Positions 1 through 12,440 of a stretch of 64,000 nt of DNA are shown here, piece by piece. Source of the stretch: Octopus bimaculoides (taxonomy: Eukaryota). The stretch's first letter is position 1, and every line of letters begins with the position of its first letter. The translations under genes were made by a program, and so were the position numbers. The notes beneath the pieces are model-generated. The model was not told where the DNA came from. It made no database searches and saw only the letters and a list, made by a program, of their open reading frames with translations. The stretch is taken from the NCBI RefSeq assembly GCF_001194135.2, contig NC_068987.1, positions 17,581,557 through 17,645,556 of the forward strand. The letters run 5' to 3'.

Positions 1-23
1 TTGTCCTTATCTTGTTTGTTGTT

Positions 24-69
24 AACACAACGTTTCGGCTGATATACCCTCCAGCCTTCATCAGGTGTC
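24..69 (-). ncRNA. Minimal type I hammerhead ribozyme motif
   Basis: Minus strand: GACAC-CUGAUGA-A-GGCUG(GAGGGUAUAU)CAGCC-GAAA-CGUU-GUGUU. Stem I GACAC/GUGUU, 5-bp stem II, full core, palindromic AACGUU stem III with no loop, cleavage triplet GUU. Confidence 0.7.
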
Positions 70-118
70 TTGGGGAAATTTCAAACCTGGGTTCTCATTC
101 CTAAGGTATTTTTCGATG

Positions 119-121
<3 letters not shown>

Positions 122-180
<59 letters not shown>
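122..180. repeat. (TTA)n microsatellite
   Basis: Direct reading; source of the poly-Leu run in ORF 65..631. Confidence 0.95.
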
Positions 181-184
<4 letters not shown>

Positions 185-756
185 TCACTGCCTGGAATCG
201 AACTCAGAATCTTGGAGTTTGTAATCAGCGCTCTTAAACACTATGCCATATCTCCACACACACACACATACACACACACGCACGCACNNNNNNNNNNNNN
301 NNNNNNNNNNNNNNNNNNNNNNNNNNNNNNNNNNNNNNNNNNNNNNNNNNNNNNNNNNNNNNNNNNNNNNNNNNNNNNNNNNNNNNNNNNNNNNNNNNNN
401 NNNNNNNNNNNNNNNNNNNNNNNNNNNNNNNNNNNNNNNNNNNNNNNNNNNNNNNNNNNNNNNNNNNNNNNNNNNNNNNNNNNNNNNNNNNNNNNNTATA
501 TATATATTTATATATATATGGAAACAGGTGCGTGTGTGTGTATGTGTGCGCGCATGCGAGCCTGTACGTTTTTTGCAGATACGTATATAAAAAGGTGCCC
601 GTATTTGTGCACACGTACAATGTATGTATGAATGTATCTATTAATGCATGTGCAATATGTATGTCGAAGAGAAAACACACCAGTAGAACAGAAAACACAA
701 CAGAATAAATAGAAGAATTAGTTCATTTTATGTCTGTTTACTTTGAATTTCGTATT

Positions 757-828
757 TTATAAAAACATTAAAATAGCTACCAATGAAGCCATTGCAAGTG
801 ATATCCCAATATGGTTGTAGTGAAATGA
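757..828 (-). CDS. Candidate terminal coding exon, unidentified gene (SFHYNHIGISLAMASLVAILMFL*)
   Basis: Acceptor gttactgtttttag, 23 open codons then TAA; hydrophobic C-terminus. No homology recognised. Confidence 0.3.
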   Translation of the reverse strand, partial: SFHYNHIGISLAMASLVAILMFL

Positions 829-1640
829 CTAAAAACAGTAACTTGAAACAATAAATGTATTTATAAGCATTATGTTAATATATTGCTTGAGACTCTAATC
901 GTTTCTGCTCATATGTTGTTGCCCGCGTTGGTCGATATTTTATTCTATTCAGTCAAAATTCGTGTCTTCCATAGTATCTCGCTATAGACTGATATTGATT
1001 AGATGTAAGTCAAGTCCAAAGATATGATAGTAGAGACGTGTATTTAGGTGAATGAATCGATTCCTTTACGTGAAAAACGTTTCTTTGTTTTTTTCTTTCT
1101 TCATTTCGCAAAGATGAAGGACGTGGTGTATGTGTGTGTGGGGGGTCTCTGATGTACGATAATGAAGTAAAATACTACTTGGTAATGTTTTGACTACCAA
1201 GAAGTGGAACTACTTCTAAACAACTATATTAGACACTTGGAAGCATTTACTTATATTACTCTTTGTGGTCAGATGTGTCTTTGATCACAAGGAAAACCGT
1301 TTAATATAATTACTAGTTCCGTAGTGTGGGGTTGGCTTCGCCTTCTATATTCTTCTAAACAAATAAATAAAACAAGGAATCTGAAGAACAGCGCCGTAGT
1401 TCGCTTGAAGCATGGTAGTACAGAAGTAGAAAAATTAATCAGATCAGAAGTAAGGAAAGCTTCTAACATTGCAAAAAGTTTTAAACACCTTAATATTTTG
1501 GGTCCAGAAGAATACAGCCAAAGAAATATGTATTTACTAAGATCTTGCCATTTCGGATAGTTTCCTTATATCCCGTGGATATCTTAACGACTTCTACCAT
1601 GTTTATAACCATACAGAATTATTTCTCCAAGTATATTGCA

Positions 1641-1709
<69 letters not shown>

Positions 1710-1751
1710 ATCTATCTCTCTATCTCTCTATCTCTGTCTCTCTCTCTCTAA

Positions 1752-1793
<42 letters not shown>
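1641..1793. repeat. Compound (TATC)n-(TC)n-(TA)n microsatellite
   Basis: Direct reading. Confidence 0.95.
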
Positions 1794-1797
<4 letters not shown>

Positions 1798-2559
1798 GAT
1801 TATTTGTACAGCAATCAGGTAAGATACAGTGATTTGTATTGCAATGGTGTAATTGTTTTTCATAATTGACCTCGTATAATGGCTAAATTGTAATGAATTA
1901 ATTTGTGTAGGGCTCAGTTGGATATCGATACTCCGTAACGATTCGGTTTTGATGAATATTGTTTTCGATTAGTACCGAAATAGTCAATGACAAAAGCAAC
2001 TCATAGATAACAACTTGCTGCCTGAAAAGTGCCATAAAATTATAGTCATCTGCTCAAATTCGTCACTACACTAAATATACTTTATATTTTATGTTCGTTA
2101 AGCACTAGACTCTGTTAACGTAACACTTGTAGAGTAGAAAAGAAACCGATAAAACATACATGAGTTTCAGAAAAGGATAACGCAGTTATATTTAAATCGA
2201 AATCTTAACGATTGTACTCAAAGGTTACAGAATGACGACGACGACATATTTAGCTCCAACTATAAAATATTAAACCAATGAAAATATCTAAGGGCTACTA
2301 CAGAATTTCTATTCTCCTGACATAAACGATATTATGGTATCGGAACTGCAAACATTGAGATTTCATTCTGAATGAATCTTGATCCAAAAATCAATTTCTA
2401 TTCCATTATGACTGGATTAACGTTGAGTTTTCTATTTCAAAGAATCCATTTAAATATTTGGCGAATATTCACCGATGGCTATTGAAGGAATATAAGAAAA
2501 CTCCAAAGAGATTCAGTTCAAAACGTAATAAGATTTCGAATCCATATTTCCTCCCATTG

Positions 2560-2560
<1 letters not shown>

Positions 2561-2643
<83 letters not shown>

Positions 2644-2660
2644 ATCTATCTATGTATCTA
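2561..2660. repeat. (TATC)n microsatellite
   Basis: Direct reading. Confidence 0.95.
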
Positions 2661-3454
2661 TTTATTTATCGATCATGTATCTACCTATCACATATATATG
2701 TATATATATATATNNNNNNNNNNNNNNNNNNNNNNNNNNNNNNNNNNNNNNNNNNNNNNNNNNNNNNNNNNNNNNNNNNNNNNNNNNNNNNNNNNNNNNN
2801 NNNNNNNNNNNNNNNNNNNNNNNNNNNNNNNNNNNNNNNNNNNNNNNNNNNNNNNATACTAGGATAGATAGATATAGATATATATAGATACATATGCATA
2901 TACATACGTGCAGATATATATTGTGTGGTGTGTGTGTGTGTGTATCCGTGTGCGTGCGTGCGTGCGTATTTGTGTTTGTGTTTGGGAGTGTGAGTCTGTG
3001 CGTATTTTGAAATAAATATAATTCTTAACATTCTTATCGTCCTTATTGATATGTACACTTATACATCTCTATACACACACAAACACACATACACAGATAT
3101 AGAGTCACACACGTACGCATACACATGCATACACATATACACGCACACTGACAGATACATGGATTGGTTAGCGCTTGTGTTTGCCAATGAAGCGGAAGTA
3201 CTGAATACATAAAGTAGATTGTATATATTATATTACAATCTCAAATATATTGCATCGCTTCTTTCAATTTCACATGACGTTTGCACAAACGATTCACGAA
3301 AGTAGTCCGATAACATATAAGGCAAAATATCCGTAGAAACATTGTAATCTTAGTGGTCAGCAAAATTTCGTAGAATGGCTAAATAAAATGAACACATACC
3401 ACATATATCTTCCTAGTCGCTATGCGTAGAACAAGTGCTATATTTGTATCGCTT

Positions 3455-3657
3455 GGCAGCGAGATGGCAGAAACGTTAGCACACCGGGCGAAATGCTCTG
3501 TCTTCATGTTCTGAATTCAAATTCCGCCGAGGTCGACTTTGTCTTTCATCGTTTCGGGAGTTGATAGATTAAGTACTAGTTGCGTACTGGGTTGATCTAA
3601 TCGACTAGCCCCCTCCTCAAAAATCTTGGGCCTTGTGTCTAGAGTAGAAAAGTATAT
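3455..3657 (+). mobile_element. tRNA-derived SINE, family B (central GAGGTCGACTTTG.CTTTCATC.TTTCGGG domain)
   Basis: Head GGCAGCGAGATGGCAGAAACGTTAGC, B-box-like GAATTCAAATTCC, central domain shared with copies at 36640-37255, 44716-45135 and 46991-47280; a partial antisense copy follows at about 3940-4055. Confidence 0.85.
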
Positions 3658-4286
3658 TTGTGTCATCATCAAAATCCCTTAACTGACGCTTTCATAGTTA
3701 GCCGTCGTCACTGGTCACTTTTCTCTGTCATGCATAGCACGTTCGATGTGCGGTGACCTCTCCAGTCCCCAATGTTTTTAAACCAGGATTTTCTTTGTCT
3801 CGCTTTTGCCCTCTCTCAATTATGCTCTGAAGAATGGTTTTACAAAAGATATGATGTCTTGATGTTTTCAGTAGCCCCACTGGTCATGGAAACAAAAAGT
3901 GATGAATGGTTAATAATTTTTTTTTTTACTTTATGCACAAAGCCTGAAATCTTGTGAGGGCATAGTCGATTAAATCGACTCCACTGCTCAACGGATACGC
4001 ATTTTATTAACCCCAAAATGATGAAAAGCAAAGTTCACTTCGGTGATATTTAAACAATATTGCGACAGTATGTTGTCATCCTCGCGTTCAAAAGGAAACA
4101 AGTAAAGAACACAGAAATACAATGATTCAAAATATGAACCGGAATACCGTTTTTTTTTTTTCGCATTGGATTTCTCAAATGCTGTCAACACCGCACATTG
4201 TTTAACCATAACACTAAAAGCAATCATTTTACTTTATCAACCAGTTTTTTTCAAAGGTGTCTATGTTCATGACAGTTTACATTTAC

Positions 4287-4330
4287 CTGTAGCGTAAGAG
4301 CTAACCGCGTCAATAATACGCTATTCGCCA
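4287..4330 (-). CDS. Candidate 44-nt internal exon (xANSVLLTRLALTLQ)
   Basis: Poly-T acceptor gttgtttttttttttttag and donor CAG|GTAAAT; only one of three frames is open, ending in phase 0. Confidence 0.3.
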
Positions 4331-4788
4331 CTAAAAAAAAAAAACAACTTTATTCCTACAATTCAACAAATTCAAAGGAACTAAAATCCCCAGTTTTTCC
4401 CATACGATTGTGGTCATTTTTGACTTGCATGCACATCTGCCATTGATTGAAAACTGTCCAGAAAATCTCTCATTTGATCAACTGAAAATCCGAACCCATA
4501 TTCAATTTTACCTTGAGAACAATAAATTTAACCATTTTTTTTTTTCCGAAAGTTTAATTTTTTCAAATGCCAACAAAATTCAAAGAAGTCATTCAGAAAT
4601 ATATAACTCCTAGAAAGCCGAATAAATGTTATGCTTTCTCACATAAATAGTCACAAATTTTTTTTGTCAATGAATAGACGCCATGTTTTTAATGAAATAT
4701 TCCAGCAAAAATCAAAATATCTTCAAAAAACAATTGCCCAAGACAATCTATCACGTTAGTAAATACATTTATTTACGTTAAAACTTTT

Positions 4789-5644
4789 ACCGATAACCAA
4801 TCATAAATTTTGTCACTTGAAACTTCTTCGCAAGCCGAAATCTATGTCTATAATACGACGGCGCCTGTATTATCTATCATTTTAAGCGAATAATTGTTAG
4901 TTAGTCAACGGAGTGCGTTACGCTGAACGTTTGTGAGTTTATTCCAGGTCTTCTTTATACTTGTTTAAAGGTTTTCTCTAATGCTTGTCTAACAAGATTC
5001 AAGAAATTTTCGCAGTGTTTGTGAACGTCGCACCCGAACATCATCCGGATGCCAGTTTAGGTCTTTGCAAACCAATTATGCCAGATTTGATCATCATTAT
5101 TGTCAATAAACCTGGGATTATCTGATTTTTCGTTACCATTTTCTTTTCAAAAAATATTCCTTCTGTGTTAGAGCTTGGATTGAGTTTCTTCCGAAACACT
5201 AAAAATGTTGACAAAAAATAAAGTAGCTCAAGGATTATTTTGGTTTATCCGCTGTCACCAGCGGAAGGAATATGATTTGAAAAAATGGTAACGAAAAATC
5301 AGATAATCCCAGGTTTATTAACAATAATGATGATCGAATCTGGCATAACTGACTTGCAAAAAACCTAAATTGGCATCTAGATGAATTTCGAGAGCAACGT
5401 TCACAAACACTGCTAAAATTTCTTGAATTTTGTTAGACAGGCATTAGAGAAAACCTTTAAACAAGCATAAAGGAGACCTGGAATATATACACAAACGTCC
5501 AGCGTAACGCACTCCGTCGACTAGCTAACAATTATTTACTTAAAATGACAGATAAAACGGGAGCCATCGTATTATGGACATGGATGAGTATATTTCGGCT
5601 TGCGAAGAAGTTTCAAGTGACAAAATTTATGATTGGTTATCGGT
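4789..5644. repeat. Inverted repeat, arms 4789-5163 and 5264-5644, at the 5' end of the Penelope-like relic
   Basis: Arms align as reverse complements at roughly 85-90% identity by eye; the outer 52 bp (4789-4840 vs 5593-5644) are identical. Confidence 0.9.
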
Positions 5645-6560
5645 CAGCGATGCACCAATTAGAGAGAGTAACTTGACAAAACAGATTTGGAAAAGGAGGT
5701 AAACAATTTCATACATGAGACTGAAACTAGGCTTTTGCTGTCAGAATAAAGAATATCTGTATCTCAATGTCTTCCGAAAATGCAGAAAAGGTTCAAAAAA
5801 TTACCTCCATTGCGCCCAATTTGCAGCGGATATTAATATTGCACAACCAAAATTTCGCAGTTGATGGAGGGTTTTTTACTCGCTGTAGCAAAAAGATCGA
5901 GTGTCTATATTTGGGATGCATTTGATTTTGTGTTCAACCATGGATCTTTTTCACTACACCCTAATGTTGATCTTTGTTGAGGGATGGAAGTATGCATGAA
6001 TGCCTTAGAAAAATGCACAAACACAAGTTTTCTATCTAATGTTCTCTGTAAATTATTGAAGGCTGTGTTACAAAGTAATACGATGTAGTTTGGACAAAAG
6101 TTTTGCCTCAAGATGAGGGTATGCGCCATGGAGCCCCCAGCTTTAATTTTAGGATCAAACGGATTTATATTGACATAGATGATTACTGGAAACGTGCAAA
6201 AGCTTTTGAACGCCATTATGATAAGCACGGTTTCAGTGAATCACTATTAAAGGGCATCGCAACTGACAGATTTTGACGCTTGATTTTAGCATCCGCAGTA
6301 AAATGTATGATTGATGCTTTAGCGATTAATTGGCACCGAAATTTTGCTGGCATTTCAAAAGTGTTTTTTGAATGCTACCAGCATATTTGAGAAAATATTT
6401 TCGTTTCATACAAATATACTGCCATCTGCCTATTGTAGCTTTTAGACACCATAAAAATATAAGAGAATTATTAACCACTATCTCTAACTCCAAGAAAACT
6501 ACCACTGGAGTTTCTGAACCCTGCACTTCGAAAAACAGGCGCAAGAGGAATGCAGGATAT
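5165..6560 (+). pseudogene. Penelope-like element reverse transcriptase relic (frameshifted, GIY-YIG domain not seen)
   Basis: Frameshifted translations match PLE RT motifs in order: LELGLSF, KMTDKTGAIV/IMDMDEYI, CLPKMQK..PPLRPICSG, FGQKF..CAMEPP, RIYIDIDD, then linker PIVAFRHHKNIRELL..PC. Confidence 0.8.
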
Positions 6561-6769
6561 TCTCAATCATATTTTCAATTTCTGTATTTCTACGTTCTTT
6601 ACATATTTCATTTTGAACAGGAGGAAGACAGACATACTGTCAAAATATTGTTCAGTTCCACAAACAGTCAATTCCTGTTACAAAACGCATCACGCTTAGA
6701 CGCAAGTCACAACAACAACATCCCCTTAGACGCAATCACAACAGCAACAACTTCAACAATAACAACAAT

Positions 6770-9362
6770 GAGGAGATTAACCATATTTCATGGGCAAGAC
6801 GAGCTCACTAATGTTGGTTGATAATCGTCCTTCAGTTATCTCGAACAAAATTATCCCTTGGTGGGAAAGGGTAAAACGCATAACTAAAAGAAATACAGTG
6901 TCTATAAACAAAAACACACACCGGATCGGTTTTCGCCCGGATCAGTAAAGGCAGTGTCCCCCTGAGAAGTATCAGCCTGAGGCCAAAACGTCTGCAGCTG
7001 AAACAAGCTCCGCTTCATATACGAACTTGAATGGTCATTTGAACGAGATTATTCTCATCCCAATCGCTCCCAGTTCATTAGCAGCACAAAGAAAACAACA
7101 ATCTGAACGTATTAAACGGACCCTGGAAAAGTATAATGAAGTTATATGTGCATTCTCTCACTGACTGCGTAAAACCATCTGAATCAAAAGAAACAGTAAA
7201 TTCTTTTACGGTATGGCGAAATAGAAATCCAGTAATGAAGCAAAATATGGATGAAAACAAACTTGCAAATGTGACGTGACATTCTTAGAAACAAGCAACT
7301 AATAGATTTAGTGTTATATGGAATGAAGTGGAAGTTGAAAAAAAAACATAGGAAGATATCAACAAGAAGAGATGAAAGTCAATACGTAACTGAAAAAAAC
7401 CCCCACAAACTTTAGTAACCGGAAGAAATTTCGCAAAAATTTGAAAATATCAGAAATACAAAAGAGAAAATTTAAGCTTAAAGACAGATTAATGATATGG
7501 ATTAGGTTACTTTTACCCATGACGATAAAGATCGAATAAAATAAACACAAGAAATTCTCAAAGAACGTGGAAAAGTCAAAAACATTAGCATGTGTGAAAG
7601 TGATTCGGTACAAAAATTGACAAACAACAACTTAAACAAAAAGGCATGAGAATTGGAAATGAGGCTGTTAAAGCAATAATAGAAGAGATGGAGCCTGATA
7701 TAGCAGAATTGATTGAGGTTATATATGCAACAGGACCGGTAATAGAAAAGTAATGTATGTCAAGGAAAAGACGAAAGACACACAACTCTCATACACACAC
7801 ACAAAATAAAATACCCAGGAAGATAAGAATAGAGAAAGAAACTGAAATGATGAGGTGAGAAATATCGATTTGTGATAAAATATATGCTGGGAAATCTGTC
7901 AAGAAAAAGGCAGAGGGTGATTAAGAAATACAAAGTAACTTCAAAACATGATATCCCATCTTTCAAAGTGACCCTGAAACAGAAAGTACAGTTGAAAGTT
8001 CAGAGTCAGAAGATTTGAGAAACGAAACGGATTTCCCGGCGAAATAAGCCGTTTATATCAGATGCAAAAATGTTTTGCCGGAAGATTGCGATATCAGCAA
8101 TTGAGAAAACGAATATCCTTTAATTAATGAGACGGATGAATTTTGAAAAACATTGATTAAATGATAGTAGATATGTTATCTTCAATCGATGATCACAACT
8201 CAACAACCTTAAATCTTCATTCCTTAACATGAATTTTATCCCTCTGATCTCTCTTTTTCATTAATTTTTCATTCTGACTTTCTCCATCATTTTTTAATTC
8301 TGCATTTATAATTCCTAAACAAATTATTAATATCCAAATTACTCATATGAGATACAAAACATATGGAATACAAACATACGGAATACAAAACAATCTAATA
8401 ATGAGAATGCATAAGAGATAAAGAACATGGGAGAGACATACAATGATTAAGAAATGCAGACATAAGATGCAACAATGAAGAACTTGAGTTAGCATTAAAG
8501 AAGGTGAAGAGAAAGAGATGGAAGTATCCAAGCACTTATGTAGATCAAACTCATACCATTCAATGTCTCCGAGGTACTGAGCTAAAAGCAAAGACTGAGC
8601 GTTTCATTTTGTCTGCACATGACCAGTGCCTTTCAGCGCGCTACGTTCAAACCAATGTAATAAGAAATACTATTGACCTAAAATGTCGATTTTGTGATGA
8701 GCAGTTAGAGACCACTGTCCAATTTGTTTCAGCCTGCAAACTAATAGTTCCCCAGTAATATAAAACTAGGAGTGGTCGAGTAGGGCAATATTTACATAGG
8801 GTAATATGCAGGCCTTACTACATAATGACAGAAGAAAATGCCACCCACCTGCTGTAATAGGAGACGAGGATATGACATTGCGTTGGCATTTCCTGTAACC
8901 ACTCAGAATGATCCGTTCAAACAGACCCAATATAATAGTGAAGCACCGCAAAAATAAACATGCATTTTAATTACCATTAGCATGCCATGTGATCGCAAAA
9001 TCTGGAAAGAGTTGCGAAACCTCTGTAAATATGAAGGTCGGATACCTCCTTTACAATACCAAATATAGTTGATGCACTTGGAATGATAAAAAAAGAGAAC
9101 AGAAAAGTATTTGGACCAGATACCTGGAAAGCTATCCCTGCGAGATGTACATAAAATACTGTCGACAGGCCTAGTATACGTCTTGAGAAAGACATTATTA
9201 ATTTAAATACCTTGCAAAAACATTTACTGTATTTTATCCCCTTACAGTGAGAGTTGTAAGTCAATAGATTGTTAAATGTGTGTATAAACAATTCTGCCTC
9301 GGCTATGGCGGTAACTCTCGGCAAGATATAGGAGAGGTGTAGAATTCAAAGGAAATTAATAA
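6770..9362 (+). mobile_element. R4/Dong-clade (REL-endonuclease) non-LTR retrotransposon relic, RT region deleted
   Basis: N-terminal motifs (WRNRNP..NMDENKLANV, IEVIYA, F*KNI), then 8500-9206: VDQTHTIQCLRGTELKAKTERFILSAHDQ, CCHC-like KCRFCDEQLETTVQFVSAC, REL-like RPNIIV..KTCILITISMPCD and IVDALGMIKK. Preceded by a decayed AAC/AAT tract and followed by (TAA)n. Confidence 0.8.
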
Positions 9363-9367
9363 CTAAA

Positions 9368-9368
<1 letters not shown>

Positions 9369-9446
<78 letters not shown>

Positions 9447-9460
9447 TGATGATGATGATG
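9369..9460. repeat. (TAA)n-(TGA)n microsatellite at the 3' end of the R4/Dong-like relic
   Basis: Direct reading. Confidence 0.95.
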
Positions 9461-10008
9461 TTCGCCGAATTCCACTGAGCGAACATATACGGACATGTGA
9501 CCAGAAAATCTTTCTAGTTTTTCCTTTCCACAAACTACATGACACAAGTGAGGCTGGAAGAAAGATAAAAGAAAAACGTTTTGCTAAAATGTTCACAACT
9601 CTTCTGAACGTAAATAACAGCAATAATATAACAAACAATTAACGCTGTGGATTAAAACAAATATCTCTAGCATATAAATATGAACAAGTTACAGGATATC
9701 GGTAAACCTGACAAACCGTGATGCTTAAGCTGCATGCGGATCGGTCAAAACGATATTCTAAAAATTCAGCTTCTTGGAGCGTTCTAAGAGGTACTAAAAC
9801 TGTCAAGAACTCAACTGCCAGTTAAATATATTACAAATGTGATGATTACACTACGTATGAAAGCGCTAAGTTAACTTCATGAGCATTACAGAATATATTT
9901 TTTTATGTTAAAATACCATAATAAAAAAAACTTGAAAACCAGACCATGTTTCAGCTTTGTTCAACTGATATATATAAATCTATACACACATGCACACACA
10001 AAGACACA

Positions 10009-10072
<64 letters not shown>

Positions 10073-10260
10073 ATGTCTTTTACTTGATTCAGTGATTGGA
10101 CTGCTTCCATACTGGGACACCGCCTTAAAGTGTTTAGCCGAGCGAAACGAGCTCAGCACTTTCTTGTTCTTTTATTTTTAAAGTCAGGTACTTTATGTGT
10201 TTCTTATGCCGAAAAAACTAAGTATCTAGGATGTAAACACAAAGTTATGGAGGGTTATAC
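10073..10260 (-). mobile_element. SINE family A, 3' part
   Basis: Antisense match to the AAGGCGGTG.CCCAG.ATGG..GCAGTC..ATGACTGAA tail seen in other family A copies. Confidence 0.7.
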
Positions 10261-11367
10261 ACAAACTCAAGATACATCCTCACACATTCCCAAACACATA
10301 TGTAGGACTGACCTCCGCACAGATCCTGTTTACCAAATTCGCTCACAAGGCAGAGCATAAGCTTGTATAAAATTAGCAATCTAATTCATTCATAGAGTAT
10401 AATAACTTAATATTTTTTTTAAATAGAAGACATTGAAAATATGAACCAAAAGGTAAATTATTTTATATCTGCTGGTATGGGAAACGGCATAGAATTTCTA
10501 AACTGAGATAACTTCATGAGGAATTTTTCAAACTACAGTGTCTTTAAAAAATACAGGATCCACATTGCTTTATTTCGTGGTCTGTTAACGATTTAAGTAT
10601 AAATGTAGTGTATAATTCGTGCGCGTCAGTGAGATTTAGAGACCGTGAAAATAACTTTAAATTCAGAGAAGAGAGAACTGACGTCAGAAAGAAAGAAAAA
10701 GAAACGAAATAGAAAAAAAGCAGAGTGTGACATTAGCTGGCAAACTTTCTAAATCTCGCACCAATACTAATCTATTATCACCTACATGATAACTATCAGT
10801 CTTTTCTTGTATCTTTTTTGTTTATATCCCTCTGGGGCCATGAACCAGCATCTTCATTTGTTTCAAAAATATTGTATTATTATGGTGTTTCTCAATGTTT
10901 TATTATTATGCGATGATTTTGCAGTGGTGTGAAAAACTTTGAAATGACGTTTATGAGGACGGAAAGTATAATTAAATATTATTACTAGAATTAAAAGCAG
11001 TATTTCTAGGTGAGCGGGCGCTCAATGCCCATGAGGTTATTTCGAGCGTTATACCACAAACCGTACAAATATTACTTGGATTAGTGCCATGGTCGAGCTT
11101 AATATTCCTTAATGAATTATCATTCCATAAATGTAAATCGATTATTTATGTTAATACGACCAAGCAGTGTGAAGCTATCTAAAAGCATGGCTAAATGATT
11201 TCAAAGTTTATAGAAAATATTATAGATATATACATAAGAACGCTAGTTTGTGTATGCTTGATGAACATATGAATAGAAGCATCTATGATTTTAGTTATAG
11301 TAAATGCATATATGAACGCATACCCTACTTAGGTACATGCATAGGTGTATATATGTGGCTGTATGTA

Positions 11368-11436
<69 letters not shown>

Positions 11437-11438
<2 letters not shown>

Positions 11439-11770
11439 GCATGGCTGAGTCGTAAGAAGATTGCTTTCCAACCACATCGTTGCGGGTTCTGTCCCACGGC
11501 AAGTGTTTTCCGCTATAACCTCGGGCCGGTCAAAGCGCTGTGAGTGAATTTGGGAGACAGAAACTGTGTGTTTATGTCTGTGCTTGTCCACCATCATCAC
11601 TCGATAAACAGTCTTGGTGTGTTTACGTCTGCCTAACTTAGCACTTCGTGAAAGAAGTACTAGGCTTAAAATTAAGTCTTGGAGTCGAATTGTTCGGCAA
11701 AAACACTTTAAGGCGGTGTCCCAGCATGACCGCAGTCAGATGACGGAAACAGGTTAAAGAATAAAAGAAT
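11437..11770 (+). mobile_element. tRNA-derived SINE family A (CORE-like GGCAAGTGTCTT domain; octopus OR2-type by inference)
   Basis: Head GGCATGGCTGAGTCGTAAG, B-box-like GGGTTCTGTCCC, CORE-like block, tail ending AAAGAATAAAAGAAT. Confidence 0.85.
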
Positions 11771-12107
11771 AAGCCCGGCTTTGCAAGGGATTAAGTTAGG
11801 ATTATTAAGCTAATCAAGTTCTTTATTTCAAACCAAACTAAGTAACATCTACGTGAAATTTGGGCGAAATCCGTTGAAATTTGTTAAACTAGACTGTTGA
11901 ATAGCAGCCCAGTCAAGATGGTATTTTTTCTTTTCTTACTCTTGTTTTTTGCACACATCTTTGTAAAATGATATTCCATTATGCAGCTGAGGAGTAGATT
12001 TTCATTGTACATTTTACGTAGTGTTCTCACTACATGAATAAATGAAGTTTGTACGAAGCGTACGTACTGCTATAACCTATTGAATTTTTGTTGCTTTTCT
12101 TCAAATT

Positions 12108-12252
12108 ATACATATATATATATATATAGAAAGATATGTGGGTATATATGTATGTATGAATGTATGTATATATATGTACTAGTGTGCTTGCGTGCATGAT
12201 ATATATACACACATTTACGCATACAATGCGTGCATGTGAGAGTGTAGAGTAT

Positions 12253-12334
<82 letters not shown>

Positions 12335-12440
12335 GTATGTATGGTATGTATGTATGTGTGTGTGTATGTATGTATGCATGTATGTATGTATGTATATATG
12401 TATAGAGAGAGAGAGAGAGAGAGACTGACAGACAGAGACA
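12108..12440. repeat. Compound (TA)n/(TATG)n/(GA)n microsatellite cluster
   Basis: Direct reading. Confidence 0.9.

Larger units (their letters stand above)
1..257 (-). mobile_element. tRNA-headed SINE-like composite: Pol III head + internal (AAT)n + hammerhead-bearing 3' segment; runs off the window start
   Basis: Minus strand reads A-box-like TGGCATAGTGT (238-248), B-box GAGTTCGATTCC (194-205), (AAT)n tract (122-180), a short spacer, then a hammerhead motif (24-69). Confidence 0.7.

Noticed and set aside
1315-1355. 41-nt minus-strand exon candidate with a strong acceptor
   Set aside because: Weak donor (CTA|GTAATT), and its phase does not connect with the 4287-4330 candidate.
1370-1420. 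CUGAAGA...GAAG hammerhead-like string
   Set aside because: GAAA is GAAG, stem II is only 4 bp with a mismatch at its base, and there is no stem I; compatible with chance.
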